Shown: positions 1 through 10,727, numbered from the stretch's first letter. The stretch is DNA of 64,000 bases from Leptonemataceae bacterium (GCA_965227295.1 OZ245742.1:3008001-3072000); one strand, 5' to 3'. Numbers and translations: made by a program. Notes: a model not told the origin generated them from the sequence alone.

Positions 1-2282
1 ACCGGCTTCGAGATGTGTCCGTCGCAGCCGGCCGCCAGGCAACGATCGCGTTCTTCGCGATAGGCGTGGGCGGTGAGTGCGTAGATCGGCGTGGGGCTTA
101 ACCTCTGCTCGGCTTCCATTTCGCGAATGCGTTTCGTCGCCGTGAGCCCGTCCAGGAGCGGCATCTGTATGTCCATGAAGATCACGTCGAAACGTTCCCG
201 TTCAAAAGAACTCAGCGCTTCGAGGCCGTTCTCCGCCACGGCGATGTTGTGCGGCGTACGTCGCAAGAACGCGTTGAACAGAGCACGGTTGTCCGCATTG
301 TCCTCGACAAGCAGGATACGCAGTGCCGCGGGCACCGGCCCTTCGTCCGTCATGCTCGGCGCGGCGTCTTTGGGAATCTCACCCTCCTTCATGGTGAGCT
401 GCACGGTGAACGCGCTACCCCGGCCTTCGCTCTCCGCGCGGATGGTTCCATGCATGGCGTTCAGAATGCCGCGGCAGATCGCGAGGCCGAGTCCCGTGCC
501 GCCGAAGCGGCGTGTAATGGATTCGTCGGCCTGGCTGAACTCGGTAAAGATCCCTTCCAGGCGCGCCGGGTCGATGCCGACGCCCGTGTCACGAACCTGA
601 ATCTCCACGCGATGCGCGTCGGGAGGGGCGGGAACGGTTTTCGTGTGCAGTATGATCTGACCGTCCTCCGTAAACTTAAGCGCGTTGTGCAGCAGATTGA
701 TGAGCACGCGCGACAGCCGCAGGTCGTCGCCGTAGAGATAGCGGGGCATGTGTGCTTCATCCTCAAACACGCACTTGAGTTCGATGCCTTTGCGTTGGGC
801 CTCGGCCTCGTGCAGGTTCGCGCAGTCGCGCAGGAGACGCGGAAAATCGAACGAGCGCTCTGACAGTTCCAGACGCCCGGATTCAATCTTTACCAGGTCC
901 AGCACGTCGTTCACCACGCCCAGCAGATTGCGCCCGCCGGTGTTCAGCATGTGCACGTAGCGACGTTGCTCCGCGTCCAGAATCGTTTCTTCGAGCAGCT
1001 TCGAAGCGCCGAGCACGGCGTTCAGCGGCGTGCGAATCTCGTGCGACATGCGCGCGATGAACATGGTCTTCGCGTTGTTTTCGGCGAGGGCGGTGCGACG
1101 ATCGTCTTCCGTGGTGCGATAACGATCGGCCAGGGCGAACGAGAGCAGCACCATCTCCGCGAGAGACGTAAGTTGTAATCCGTAGAGCAGCGTAAAGAAA
1201 TTCGCCGGCAACAATCCGGCGACGCGCAGGGCGTTGGCCGCGACGCCTACGCCCACGAACGAAAACGCGAGCAGAAAGTACCGCGCCGGATGATAACCGG
1301 CGATCCAATGCCGGGCCGCGGTAATCAACACGAAGAGTGCCGAGAACACCGTCACCGGTACGCTGACGCGCACGGCCAGGGAGGACCAGGGCGTGAGCGA
1401 AAGTACGGCGACGAGCGCGCCGGCGAACATGAGGGCGTAGAGGACCTGGTGCAGGTGGCGGGCGTGGGGGCTGTCGCGAAAAAAGCTGATCGTAAACAGG
1501 GAGGCGCCGATGTTTGTGAGTCCGACGAAGAGCGGGTTCGTGAGGCTGTTCAGATACGGAGTCTCCGGCCAGAAGAAGCGCAACGCCAGGCCGTTCCAGA
1601 TGAAAAGATACATTCCGTAACTGAAGATGTAGAACACATAGGAGGCGTACGACGTATTGCGGAGCGAGATCGCGAGAAAGGCGTTGTAGATGAGCATGAT
1701 GCCGAGCGCACCGTAATAGAGTCCCAGCAGCAGATGCTCAATCGTGCTCCGGCGATAGAAGTCCTCCGTGGAATGCAGGTGGACGGGCAGGACCAGGGAC
1801 GATTCCGATTGTACGCGCAACAGGAGGCAGCCGTTGTCCCGGGCGGCCGGCGGCAGAGGAAAGACGAAGTTTCGATGAGGCCGGCCCGCCGATCCGAACG
1901 CGCGCCGGTCTCCGGAGCGGCCGATGTTCTGCAGGCGTTCTCCCGCGGGAGCGTCTTCGTTTATTAAGTATAACTCAACGTAATCTAAGGGCGGGTAAGC
2001 GAGTTCCAGGAGTTCGGCCGCGGGATGAGCGCGCAGGCGCAGATAGATCGTCGCCGTGGGCCGCGTTCCGAGGGCGGGGATGTCGGCAGCGTAGCGCCAG
2101 GCGCGTTCTTCGCTCCCGGCCGCGGGCAGGCTCAGTGCGCCTTCGGGATCGACGTGGTACTGGAGCCGAGCATTGCACGCGGCGGGTTCCTCCGCCGGCC
2201 CGGCGGCGGGCGATGCGCAGCCGCCCGCGCAGAGGACGACAGCGATCACCGGCAGCAAAAATCTTACTGAGCTTCGCCCCAC
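1..2282 (-). CDS. Hybrid sensor histidine kinase/response regulator with 7TM-DISM-type input (3' end runs off window)
   Basis: Not in ORF track because it is open at the edge. Hand translation: N-term lipoprotein-like LLPVIAVVLCAGGC, multiple TM helices, H-box FIARMSHEIRTPLN, G-box GGTGLGL, receiver FMDIQMP...CLAAGCDGHISKP. Frame consistent at both ends; start 2282 or 2258. Confidence 0.85.
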   Translation of the reverse strand, partial: MGRSSVRFLLPVIAVVLCAGGCASPAAGPAEEPAACNARLQYHVDPEGALSLPAAGSEERAWRYAADIPALGTRPTATIYLRLRAHPAAELLELAYPPLDYVELYLINEDAPAGERLQNIGRSGDRRAFGSAGRPHRNFVFPLPPAARDNGCLLLRVQSESSLVLPVHLHSTEDFYRRSTIEHLLLGLYYGALGIMLIYNAFLAISLRNTSYASYVFYIFSYGMYLFIWNGLALRFFWPETPYLNSLTNPLFVGLTNIGASLFTISFFRDSPHARHLHQVLYALMFAGALVAVLSLTPWSSLAVRVSVPVTVFSALFVLITAARHWIAGYHPARYFLLAFSFVGVGVAANALRVAGLLPANFFTLLYGLQLTSLAEMVLLSFALADRYRTTEDDRRTALAENNAKTMFIARMSHEIRTPLNAVLGASKLLEETILDAEQRRYVHMLNTGGRNLLGVVNDVLDLVKIESGRLELSERSFDFPRLLRDCANLHEAEAQRKGIELKCVFEDEAHMPRYLYGDDLRLSRVLINLLHNALKFTEDGQIILHTKTVPAPPDAHRVEIQVRDTGVGIDPARLEGIFTEFSQADESITRRFGGTGLGLAICRGILNAMHGTIRAESEGRGSAFTVQLTMKEGEIPKDAAPSMTDEGPVPAALRILLVEDNADNRALFNAFLRRTPHNIAVAENGLEALSSFERERFDVIFMDIQMPLLDGLTATKRIREMEAEQRLSPTPIYALTAHAYREERDRCLAAGCDGHISKP

Positions 2283-2929
2283 ACGCTTTCAATGTAGCGA
2301 TCGCGCCCGGAGCCGGTACGGTAGCGATTGTAATGGGCGGGGTTCTTTTTATAGAAGTCCTGGTGATACTCCTCGGCCTTCCAGAAGTCGGTGGCCGGGC
2401 TGATCTCCGTGGCTATGGGTTCGTCGAAACGCCCGGACTCCGCGATTTCGGTCTTTGACGCTTGCGCTAACTTCTTCTGAGTTTCGTTTAAGTAAAACAC
2501 GGCCGTGCGGTACTGCGGGCCGATGTCGTAAAACTGCCCGTTCTTCTGAACGGGATTGATGTTTCGCCAGAAAACGTGGAGCAACTTTTCGTAGCTGACC
2601 TTCGCCGGATCGTAGACCACGAGCACGGCCTCGGCGTACTGCGTACGCCCCGCGGCGACCTCGTCGTACTGCGGATGATCTTTCTCGCCGCCGCAGTAAC
2701 CGGAGTAGGTGGCCTTCACGCCGGGGAGTTTATCGAAGGGCGGCTCCATGCACCAGAAGCAGCCGCCGGCGAAGACCGCGTGGGCCTCGCCGGCCTGCGC
2801 TTCTTTGAGTAACGGTATGCGTTCGGTTTGTTCGGAGGAGGAAGGCGCGCTGCCGGCCGGACCGCAGGCGGTGAGGAAGATCGTCGCCAGTGCAATGAGA
2901 ACGATGAAGGAAAAGCGAGAACGAATCAT
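2264..2929 (-). CDS. msrA: Peptide-methionine (S)-S-oxide reductase, lipoprotein-signal type
   Basis: FAGGCFWC motif, AEEYHQDFY; lipobox LTAC. Confidence 0.95.
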   Translation of the reverse strand: MIRSRFSFIVLIALATIFLTACGPAGSAPSSSEQTERIPLLKEAQAGEAHAVFAGGCFWCMEPPFDKLPGVKATYSGYCGGEKDHPQYDEVAAGRTQYAEAVLVVYDPAKVSYEKLLHVFWRNINPVQKNGQFYDIGPQYRTAVFYLNETQKKLAQASKTEIAESGRFDEPIATEISPATDFWKAEEYHQDFYKKNPAHYNRYRTGSGRDRYIESVWGEAQ

Positions 2930-3008
2930 GGAAAGCTCCGGGTTGAGGATGATGTGATGCAGGCTTTTGTCGAGCGAAGTCCGCCGGGCTTACGGGAAAA
3001 AATCGCCT

Positions 3009-3953
3009 TCAGCCGCCGAAGCGTTGGCCGCTCCGGAGGCCGAAGACCTCCACGAAGCGCGGGCCCGAGTAGAGTCCGGCCTCGGTCCACAGCACGTTCA
3101 GCCGCAGTTGTTTGTGATCGCGCGTATAGAGTCGCGGTCCGTCCGTGACGCTGATGATCGTACCCGGGGCCGCGCGTTCCTCCGGCGTCGCGTCGATGAC
3201 GTCGGCTTCCAGGACACGCACGCCCATGCCGTTGTAAACGCTGCGCGCCCCGCTGTAGGCCGGGTTCGACGCTCGCACGAGTGCTTCCAGATCCGCGGCG
3301 TTTTCCGTGACCAGGTTCAGCACAAGGTCCTGTTCGTTCGGCCGGCGGCACGCCGGATGCCGCGGCTCGCTCTGTTCCTGGAAGATCAACTCTTCCGGCT
3401 GCGATAGGAGCTGCATCACCGTTGCCGCGGCCTGCTGCATCGGACCCGCCATGCGGTGCAGGTGCAACGTGTAGGTGTCGTGGGCGGCCACGGTGAAACG
3501 TTCCTCGTGCAGGATGGGACCGGCGTCGAAGTTGTCCTCCATGCGCTGGACCGCCACGGCGCTTTCGGTTTCACGATAACGAATCATCCAGAAGATGGGG
3601 TCGATGCCGCGGTAGTCCGGAAGCAGGCCCGTGTGAAAATTCAGGAACCCCAGGCCTGGTTGTTCCAGCGCTTCCGCCGGAATCTTAAACGGAAAACATA
3701 ACACGAGGACGACGTCCGGTCGAAGTTCGGCCAGCCATGCCTGGAGTTCCGTTGCGAAGTCTTGTTCCGAAAAATTTCGCAGATGTGTTTCAGAAAACGT
3801 TCCGGCCCAGGGCCGGCCGCGGACCAGGGACCACATCGCTTCGCTCCGCGGAGTGCCCACTCCGACGAGCCGGCCGGTGGAGTGCAGATAGTCCAGGGCC
3901 GGCAGCGCCACGGGATGGCTGCTCAACACGGTGATACGTTCGGCATGCGGCAT
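3009..3953 (-). CDS. Methionyl-tRNA formyltransferase-like protein (formyltransferase family)
   Basis: NFHTGLLPDYRGIDPIFW, FDAGPIL, LVRASNP C-terminal domain; divergent N-terminus suggests a non-housekeeping paralogue. Confidence 0.8.
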   Translation of the reverse strand: MPHAERITVLSSHPVALPALDYLHSTGRLVGVGTPRSEAMWSLVRGRPWAGTFSETHLRNFSEQDFATELQAWLAELRPDVVLVLCFPFKIPAEALEQPGLGFLNFHTGLLPDYRGIDPIFWMIRYRETESAVAVQRMEDNFDAGPILHEERFTVAAHDTYTLHLHRMAGPMQQAAATVMQLLSQPEELIFQEQSEPRHPACRRPNEQDLVLNLVTENAADLEALVRASNPAYSGARSVYNGMGVRVLEADVIDATPEERAAPGTIISVTDGPRLYTRDHKQLRLNVLWTEAGLYSGPRFVEVFGLRSGQRFGG

Positions 3954-4048
3954 GGGTCAGAATTGCGGCCGTCTCGCGCACGGCATCCATTTTTATCGAC
4001 TTACTAAAAGTTCTTGCAGAGATGTTAGCAGTTCGTCTTGTGTAGGCT

Positions 4049-5149
4049 ATGACTGAAACCGTCCCCGGCGTACCCACCGATCCCCTCGAGCGCCTGCGTC
4101 GCATCGCGGCGGCTCTAATGGATGTCGACAACGACCGTGATACCCTGAGTGAGGCCCTGCGCGCGGCTCACTCGATCTTTCAAGAGATTCACAGTGTTGT
4201 CCTCGCCGAGGGCGACAAATCGACGCGCTATCGCAAACCCTCGCCCTTCGGAGAATTCCTCTCACCGGCCTACGCCGCCCAGACCATGCAGGATCCGTTG
4301 CGCACGACGAAGTACCTGCGCGGCCTCATGCATGCGATCGAAGCGGCGGCGCAGGAACATCCCGACGAACGCATTCACGTATTGTATCCCGGTTGCGGTC
4401 CCAACGCCCCGTTCTTGATCTTTCCGGCGCTGCTCCTGGGCAATCCCGCACGGGTGGGCTTTACCCTTGTCGAGGTTCTGCCGGAGGCCGTGCGGCCGGC
4501 GGAGCAGCTCATTCGCGGTCTGGGACTGAGCGACTATCTGTTGCGCCTGGTGGAGCAGGATGCCACGGAATTTCAGTACGAAGAATCGCCGGAGAACGGC
4601 GGCCCCGTACGCGTGATTGTTTGCGAGGCTTTGCGTCGTGCGCTGAGTCACGAACCCCAGGTGGCCATCCTGCGCCGGCTGTTGCCCCAGGGTGTCGACG
4701 GCGGCCGCGGAGTGCGGCTGGTTCCGGAGCGCATCGTGCTGAACGCCATGCTAACCTCTCCTTCGTATGAGTTAAGCCGATTGCCGCGAGGCAGCCGCCC
4801 GCGCACGGGGCCGCGTGTCGATCTGGGCGAGGTTTTTTCGCTCGATCGCGAGACGATTCTGGGCTGGCGCGAGGACGATCCGCAGGGCTACGCCGGGCGC
4901 ACGAAGTTTCCGGCGCGATCGTTGACGATGCCCGACGAAATCGGCGAGGCCGATCAACTGACTATTCTTACGAAGTTGTATTTTCCGGGCGGTGAGGTCC
5001 TGGATGAATGGGAGAGCGGCCTCACATCGAATTTGCTGGTCACCGACCTCGGCGCCGCCCGCCCCGGCGAACAGATCGAGCTCGAGTACGAACTGAGCGA
5101 AGATCCGGGCTTGCGCTTTTATCCCGTGGCGAAACCGTCGCGGTTCTAG
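4049..5149 (+). CDS. Class I SAM-dependent methyltransferase-like protein (PRMT5-like bacterial family)
   Basis: VLYPGCGP SAM motif I, acidic TLVE, VIVCEALRRALSHEPQV. Confidence 0.6.
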   Translation: MTETVPGVPTDPLERLRRIAAALMDVDNDRDTLSEALRAAHSIFQEIHSVVLAEGDKSTRYRKPSPFGEFLSPAYAAQTMQDPLRTTKYLRGLMHAIEAAAQEHPDERIHVLYPGCGPNAPFLIFPALLLGNPARVGFTLVEVLPEAVRPAEQLIRGLGLSDYLLRLVEQDATEFQYEESPENGGPVRVIVCEALRRALSHEPQVAILRRLLPQGVDGGRGVRLVPERIVLNAMLTSPSYELSRLPRGSRPRTGPRVDLGEVFSLDRETILGWREDDPQGYAGRTKFPARSLTMPDEIGEADQLTILTKLYFPGGEVLDEWESGLTSNLLVTDLGAARPGEQIELEYELSEDPGLRFYPVAKPSRF

Positions 5150-5162
5150 CGACGGTGCTCGC

Positions 5163-6131
5163 TCAGTCCGGCCGGTCGCCTGTTAATTTCGCAATCCCGT
5201 GTTCGTACGCCGGCAACTGATGGGCGAACAGCAGGTCGATGTGCGCGTCCTTTTCCTTAAAGAGTTTATCGTAAATGTAACTCTTAAGATTCTTGCCGGC
5301 GCGAATTAAGCGCGGAATGCTTTCGCCGCCGGCGTGACTGAGTGAATAAATCGGGACGGTTCGGCCGGCGTGACGGTACTCGTACTTGCGGAAGATCAGA
5401 TCGACCTTCTCCCGGGGCAGGGTGGGAATGGGATCGCGGAAGTTTTCGAGGCGAAAGGTGTGCGGCACGAAACGATCCACGGCCGCGGCGAAGTAGGCGT
5501 CACCGACCCGCGGCGCGCCGAACGTATAACAATGCGGTTGATACTCGTGCAACTCGAGGGCCGAGAGCACCGCCAGGGCGCCGCCCAGGCTGTGGCCGGC
5601 GGTGAACAGCTTCAGCCGTTTGCCCGGCGCACCCAGGTAGCGTCGCCATTCCTTCGGGCCGGGTTGCAGGCTCTGGAACATGCGCTGAAAGCCGAGATGC
5701 ACCCGACCGGAGCCGGAGCCCACTAACTTGATTTCGCAGGGTGTTTGCATGAGCAGGATGTCCTGGACCCACTCCTCGTCCTGGATGCTGCCGCGAAATA
5801 CGAGATAGACCTCGTTCTTCTTACTATGGCGCGCCAGCAGGCCGATGGGCTGGCGCTGCTTCAGGTCCCGGTTGTGCAGGTTGATGGTGCAGAGCTGTTC
5901 CAGTTCCGGGGGCAACTCCGGCGGCAAATAGCGGGCGTAGTGACGGTCCTGTCCTTTCGGTCGCCAGTCCCGCGGGTTCAGGCCGTAGCGCGTGCTGAAG
6001 TACTCGACGCAGGCCTTGCCGGTGAGTTTCAGCAACTGCGCGGCGCGGTCGGCGTCGAAGTCCGGGGCCTCGCTCCGGATGCCGGGGTCACGGGGTGAAC
6101 GGCGAAGGGAGCGAAGCCAATGGAGGATCAT
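5163..6131 (-). CDS. Lipase class 3 family protein
   Basis: VFRGS, VHLGF, GHSLGGALA nucleophile elbow, YTFGAPRVG, DPIP. Confidence 0.9.
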   Translation of the reverse strand: MILHWLRSLRRSPRDPGIRSEAPDFDADRAAQLLKLTGKACVEYFSTRYGLNPRDWRPKGQDRHYARYLPPELPPELEQLCTINLHNRDLKQRQPIGLLARHSKKNEVYLVFRGSIQDEEWVQDILLMQTPCEIKLVGSGSGRVHLGFQRMFQSLQPGPKEWRRYLGAPGKRLKLFTAGHSLGGALAVLSALELHEYQPHCYTFGAPRVGDAYFAAAVDRFVPHTFRLENFRDPIPTLPREKVDLIFRKYEYRHAGRTVPIYSLSHAGGESIPRLIRAGKNLKSYIYDKLFKEKDAHIDLLFAHQLPAYEHGIAKLTGDRPD

Positions 6132-6152
6132 CTAACAATGAGACGCTAACGA

Positions 6153-7064
6153 TTACTGAAGCAAACTCTGCATGCCCGGATGAAAATCGTCCGGAAGTAT
6201 TTCGTGGAGTTTCTTCAGTTCGTCCTTGTTTAGATAGGCCCACTTTTCGTGGGACGATTCGAGGTCGGCCTGGTTGGCGTAGATCGCCCGGGCAAGTTTT
6301 TCGACGTCCGCGGCGGGGATGTCGCCCCGGGCCGCGAGGACCGATTGCACGCCCAGCGTCTTGACGGTGCCGTCCTGCCAGGGATAGGTGCCGGCCGGAA
6401 TCTCGCTGCGTTGGTACACGAAGTTGCTCGCCTCGATTTTGTCGTAGAACTCGCCGGTGAATTCGAGCAGGTGAATGTTTTCTTTTTCGGCGGCCGGAAT
6501 CTCCGTGAGGATCTTCGCCGGCCGACCCACCACGATCATGACCGCATCCAGCTTGCCTTCCAGCAATTCCTTGACCGCGCGCTCGGACGGCATGTCGACG
6601 ACGGTGAGGCTCGTGCGGCCGATGCCCAGTTGGTCGAGAAAGATCAGCGAGGTGATTTTCGAACCCGAGTCGATGTGGCCGAAGGACACGCGCTTCTGCG
6701 CCAGGTCCGCGGGGCTCTGAATGTCCCGGCGTGCCAGGAGATGGACCTCTTCGGTGTAGAGGGGCATCATGATCTTTACGCTCTTTTTGATGCCCGGTTC
6801 GCTGATGGCGAAGCTCTGCAGCATGTCGAGCTGCGTGAGGGTGTACGCGGCATCGCCGTCGTCCAGGGCGCTGATGTTATCGAAGCTGCCGTTGGACGTG
6901 GATACGTTGAAGCTGTATCCGGGAAGTTTGTTGAGAGACTTCGCGATGGGATAGTAGCTGCCGCCGGGAAAACCGCCGGCGAACTGAATGGGCTCTGCCG
7001 CGGGGCCGCAGGCCGCAAGCGCCAGGGCCGTACCGAGCAACGAACAAAGAACGATTCGATTCAT
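6153..7064 (-). CDS. TAXI-family TRAP solute-binding lipoprotein
   Basis: GGSYYPIA, STSNGSFDNI, LYTEEVHLL, IPAGTYP, FHPG; lipobox LAAC. Confidence 0.85.
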   Translation of the reverse strand: MNRIVLCSLLGTALALAACGPAAEPIQFAGGFPGGSYYPIAKSLNKLPGYSFNVSTSNGSFDNISALDDGDAAYTLTQLDMLQSFAISEPGIKKSVKIMMPLYTEEVHLLARRDIQSPADLAQKRVSFGHIDSGSKITSLIFLDQLGIGRTSLTVVDMPSERAVKELLEGKLDAVMIVVGRPAKILTEIPAAEKENIHLLEFTGEFYDKIEASNFVYQRSEIPAGTYPWQDGTVKTLGVQSVLAARGDIPAADVEKLARAIYANQADLESSHEKWAYLNKDELKKLHEILPDDFHPGMQSLLQ

Positions 7065-7138
7065 GCGGAATTGTGTTTGATGACAGACGCCCCGGACAAC
7101 GAAAAACGCCGGCGCATTGTGTCATTTTGATAAAATCC

Positions 7139-7744
7139 TTACAGTTCGTCGTCCACCGTACCGGAGCCGGCCGGTTTGCGAATGCCCACGAAGACCGAGG
7201 AGGCGTTGTAGGCCTTCCAGACACCGCGGTTGTTCTTTTGCATGGTGATGGGTCGCGGCGTGTCCGCCCCGGAGCAGGCCACGAAGACCTTGATGCGATC
7301 CTCTTTTTCTTTGCTGAAACGGTTGCGGCTGAAGTCGAAGCGATACGGGGCCGCAGCCGTGTAGCCGTTGTCCGGCGAACTGCCCACGACGTACGAACGC
7401 GGCAGGTAGCGCATGCCCTGAATGCGCTTGAGATGGTACTGAATCGACGAGGCCGGCGCGTAGCCTTTGTAGGCCTGGCCCTTCGAGAGATTATTGCGAT
7501 CGAGGGCGATCGTCAGAAATTGCTCGCCGAGATCAGTATCTTCGACGTAGGCCATCATGGCGACGAGAAAAACGGCGGCCCCGCCCTCGGGGGTGCCGGC
7601 CAGTTCGTCGCGCAGGGCGATGAACTCGTCGACGCTGCCGGGCATGGACTGCACGGTTACGGACTGCGCGTCGTCGGCGTGCAGGGGGCCGAAGAGAAGC
7701 AGGGCGGCGGTAGCGGGAACGATGAGGGAGCGCAGGGATTTCAT
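7139..7744 (-). CDS. Exported conserved hypothetical protein (DUF6935-like)
   Basis: Signal peptide; SYVVGSSPDNGY, KVFVACSGADTPRP motifs. Confidence 0.6.
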   Translation of the reverse strand: MKSLRSLIVPATAALLLFGPLHADDAQSVTVQSMPGSVDEFIALRDELAGTPEGGAAVFLVAMMAYVEDTDLGEQFLTIALDRNNLSKGQAYKGYAPASSIQYHLKRIQGMRYLPRSYVVGSSPDNGYTAAAPYRFDFSRNRFSKEKEDRIKVFVACSGADTPRPITMQKNNRGVWKAYNASSVFVGIRKPAGSGTVDDEL

Positions 7745-7850
7745 AGGACATGATTCTTGAATACGCCGCAGATGCGGTCAAGATTTTTTGGGAGTCTGCG
7801 GCCGCCCTCAATCTATTGACGTACCTTCCCGTGCCGTGGATCTCGACATC

Positions 7851-8948
7851 ATGCTGAGACCCCTTGCATTCCTGTTGCTCGCGGCAGTGCTGCTTTCCGG
7901 CTGCCGTTCGTTGACCGTCGAAGACGAGGCCAGACAAATCGAAGAACGCAACTGCGACGGCGAAGCGTATCACATGAACCTCCTCTGCACGGAGGAGATT
8001 GAGTTGCTGAACTCGGCCGTGGATCATCCCGCCGTCAGGAGTGACGAGGGTGTGGACCGGGATCATTTGAACGCGCTTTCGAAGGAGCGCGGCCTCGAGT
8101 TCGCGACGGCCGTGTTCTTTCACCGGGTCAATCGGGAAGCGGAGACGCGCCGCTACCTGGATCGCATCCAAACGATCGCGCGGGGCATTGAACGGAACGG
8201 AGGCAAGTTGCCGCAGTTCAATCGCGAGGACGTGTGGCTCGCCATGGTCCCCGCCATGTACTACGACAGCAACGCCTCGGTGGGCGGTGACGGCCGGGAC
8301 ATTCGGAACATGGCGAGCCGTCTCGGCATTCCCAACGAGCTCGTCGTCGTGAACCCGGACGGCAGTGTGGATCAGAACGGTGAGTTTCTGTGCGCGTGGC
8401 TGGATAGCCGCAAGAACAACGGCCGGAAGTACATTTTCGCTTCCATTTCCAAGGCGGCGCTGGACATCAAGCGGGCCATTCAGATGTGCGGGGCAGACGG
8501 CAGCTTCGATAACGTCCGCGGTTGGCTGAACGTGGGCGGCGTGAACCGCGGTTCGCTCCTGGTCAACGAGATGGACGGCTACTGGGTGTATCGCTGGCGG
8601 GCGCGGTACTTCTTCTGGCGTGAGGACTACACCTACGAATCCTTTCTGAGCGTGCGCGTGGACCCGGAGTTGCCGCACTACGCCCACGTCCGACTGCCGC
8701 CGCGCATGAAGACGGTGAACGTCATCGCCACGCCGACGGCGCAGCATCTTACGTTACGCGCAGAAGAAGCTTACAAGATTCTCTCAAAGCAGGGCCCGAA
8801 CGACGGGCTCACCCTGCTGGCCGACGCGTACATGCCCGGCGCGATCAACGTTTCTTTGTGGGGCAACGATCATTACTTCGCCGTGCCGGAACAGCGTGAG
8901 GTCCTCCTGGCCGGCGGCATGATCGAAATGATGCAGTCCATTCGTTGA
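7851..8948 (+). CDS. Lipoprotein, probable alpha/beta-hydrolase fold
   Basis: Lipobox LSGC after start at 7851; ASISKAA, GPNDGL...DH pattern. Confidence 0.55.
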   Translation: MLRPLAFLLLAAVLLSGCRSLTVEDEARQIEERNCDGEAYHMNLLCTEEIELLNSAVDHPAVRSDEGVDRDHLNALSKERGLEFATAVFFHRVNREAETRRYLDRIQTIARGIERNGGKLPQFNREDVWLAMVPAMYYDSNASVGGDGRDIRNMASRLGIPNELVVVNPDGSVDQNGEFLCAWLDSRKNNGRKYIFASISKAALDIKRAIQMCGADGSFDNVRGWLNVGGVNRGSLLVNEMDGYWVYRWRARYFFWREDYTYESFLSVRVDPELPHYAHVRLPPRMKTVNVIATPTAQHLTLRAEEAYKILSKQGPNDGLTLLADAYMPGAINVSLWGNDHYFAVPEQREVLLAGGMIEMMQSIR

Positions 8949-8951
8949 TCT

Positions 8952-10718
8952 ATGGCTTCCGCTCCGATTATCGGCATCGATCTCGGCACGACCAACAGCC
9001 TTGCCGGCGTTTTTCAGGACGGCGAAGCGGTCTTGATCCCTAATGTACACGGAGATGTACTTACTCCGTCCGTGGTCGGTCTCGCGGAGGACGGCAGCGT
9101 GCTCACCGGCGCCCCGGCCCGGGAGCGCCTGATCACGCATCCTGATCGCACGGCTTCCGTCTTCAAACGTTACATGGGCACCGAACGCGTGTTGAAACTC
9201 GGCGCGCAGAGTTTTCGCGCGGAGGATCTCTCCGCCTTCGTCTTAAAATCGCTGAAGGCCGACGCCGAGGCCTACCTGGGCACTAACATTGAGCGCGCGG
9301 TGATTACCGTGCCGGCCTACTTCCGGGACGCCCAGCGCAAGGCCACGCGCATCGCCGCCGAACTGGCGGGTCTTAAGGTCGAACGGCTGCTCAATGAACC
9401 CACGGCGGCGGCCCTGGCCTACGGCGTGCACACGTCCGAAACGGAGCGCAAGCTGCTGGTCTTCGATCTCGGCGGCGGCACGTTCGATGTCTCGGTCCTG
9501 GACTACTTCGACGGCGTCATGGAAGTCCGCGCGAGCGCCGGGGACAATCGCCTGGGCGGGGAAGACTTCGGCGAGGCGTTGCTCCAGTATTTCCTGGAAA
9601 AACGCGGCAAGGACCTGGGACTGCCCGAGAAACCCGAGGGCGAGCTCGCGGCGGTGCTCACGAAACAAATGGAAAACGCCCGGCGGGCGCTGAGCGATCA
9701 GAAAACCACGACGCTTAAGTTTCGGTTGCCGGAAGCTAACGGCGGCGCCGGGGTCGAGTGGGAGCTGAGCCGCGCGAACTTCGAAGAAGCCTCCCGTCCG
9801 TTGCTGGATCGATTGCGGGAGCCGCTGGAACGCGCGCTGCGAGACGCGCGCATTGCCGCGAAGGAACTGGACGAGGTGATTCTGATCGGCGGGGCCACAC
9901 GCATGCCCATGGTGCGGGAACTCACGGCGCGCATGTTCTCGCGTTTCCCGTCGCATCACATCCATCCCGACCAGGCCGTGGGCCTCGGCGCGGCGATCCA
10001 GGCCGGCCTGAAAGCGAAGGACGCCGCCCTGAAAGAGATGGTGCTCACCGACGTGGCCCCGTACAGCCTGGGCGTGGAAGTCGTGGAGCGTGTGGACATG
10101 GAAACGTTGCTGGAGCAGGGGGACGACGCCGGCCGGCGGCGGTACCGGGACGGTTTGTTTCAACCGGTGATCGAACGCAATACGATCATTCCCGCGAGTC
10201 GCATGCGCACGTTCTCGACGGTGGAGAAAAATCAGCCGCGGATCGAGATCAACGTTTTTCAGGGCGAGAGTCGCTACGTGAACGAGAACGTGCGCCTGGG
10301 GCGCCTCGAGTTGCCGGTGCCGGCCGGGGACGCCGGGGCGGAGAGCGTGGACGTGCGCTTTACGTACGACGTGAACGGCCTGCTGGAAGTCGAAGCGAAA
10401 GTAAACAGCTCCGGCGTGAGCGAGAGCATCGTCATCGAGGAAAATCCGGGCGTATTGAGCGCGGCGGAGATCGCCGAACGCCTGCAGAAACTCGCGCAAC
10501 TCAAGGTCCATCCCCGGGACGATGACCGCCACGTGGCGTTGATCGAACGGGCGAAGCGCATCTACGAAGAAAGCCTGGGGGACAAACGCGAGTACGTGGG
10601 CAAACTCTTAGTATTTTTTCAGGAAACATTAGAACGTCAGGATCCGGCGGAGATTCAGGACGCGCAGCAGTCGTTTCGGGAACGGTTGAACGAGCTGGAT
10701 GAGAATCCGTTTTTGTAG
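8952..10718 (+). CDS. hscC: Hsp70-family chaperone HscC
   Basis: IGIDLGTTNS, DLGGGTFDVS, GDNRLGGEDF, LKVHPRD C-terminus typical of HscC; followed by a J-domain gene. Confidence 0.88.
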   Translation: MASAPIIGIDLGTTNSLAGVFQDGEAVLIPNVHGDVLTPSVVGLAEDGSVLTGAPARERLITHPDRTASVFKRYMGTERVLKLGAQSFRAEDLSAFVLKSLKADAEAYLGTNIERAVITVPAYFRDAQRKATRIAAELAGLKVERLLNEPTAAALAYGVHTSETERKLLVFDLGGGTFDVSVLDYFDGVMEVRASAGDNRLGGEDFGEALLQYFLEKRGKDLGLPEKPEGELAAVLTKQMENARRALSDQKTTTLKFRLPEANGGAGVEWELSRANFEEASRPLLDRLREPLERALRDARIAAKELDEVILIGGATRMPMVRELTARMFSRFPSHHIHPDQAVGLGAAIQAGLKAKDAALKEMVLTDVAPYSLGVEVVERVDMETLLEQGDDAGRRRYRDGLFQPVIERNTIIPASRMRTFSTVEKNQPRIEINVFQGESRYVNENVRLGRLELPVPAGDAGAESVDVRFTYDVNGLLEVEAKVNSSGVSESIVIEENPGVLSAAEIAERLQKLAQLKVHPRDDDRHVALIERAKRIYEESLGDKREYVGKLLVFFQETLERQDPAEIQDAQQSFRERLNELDENPFL

Positions 10719-10727
10719 GGCCCGACC

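Noticed and set aside
91..2292. Many short ORFs listed in the track
   Set aside because: Shadow ORFs of the minus-strand hybrid kinase that is open at the window edge.
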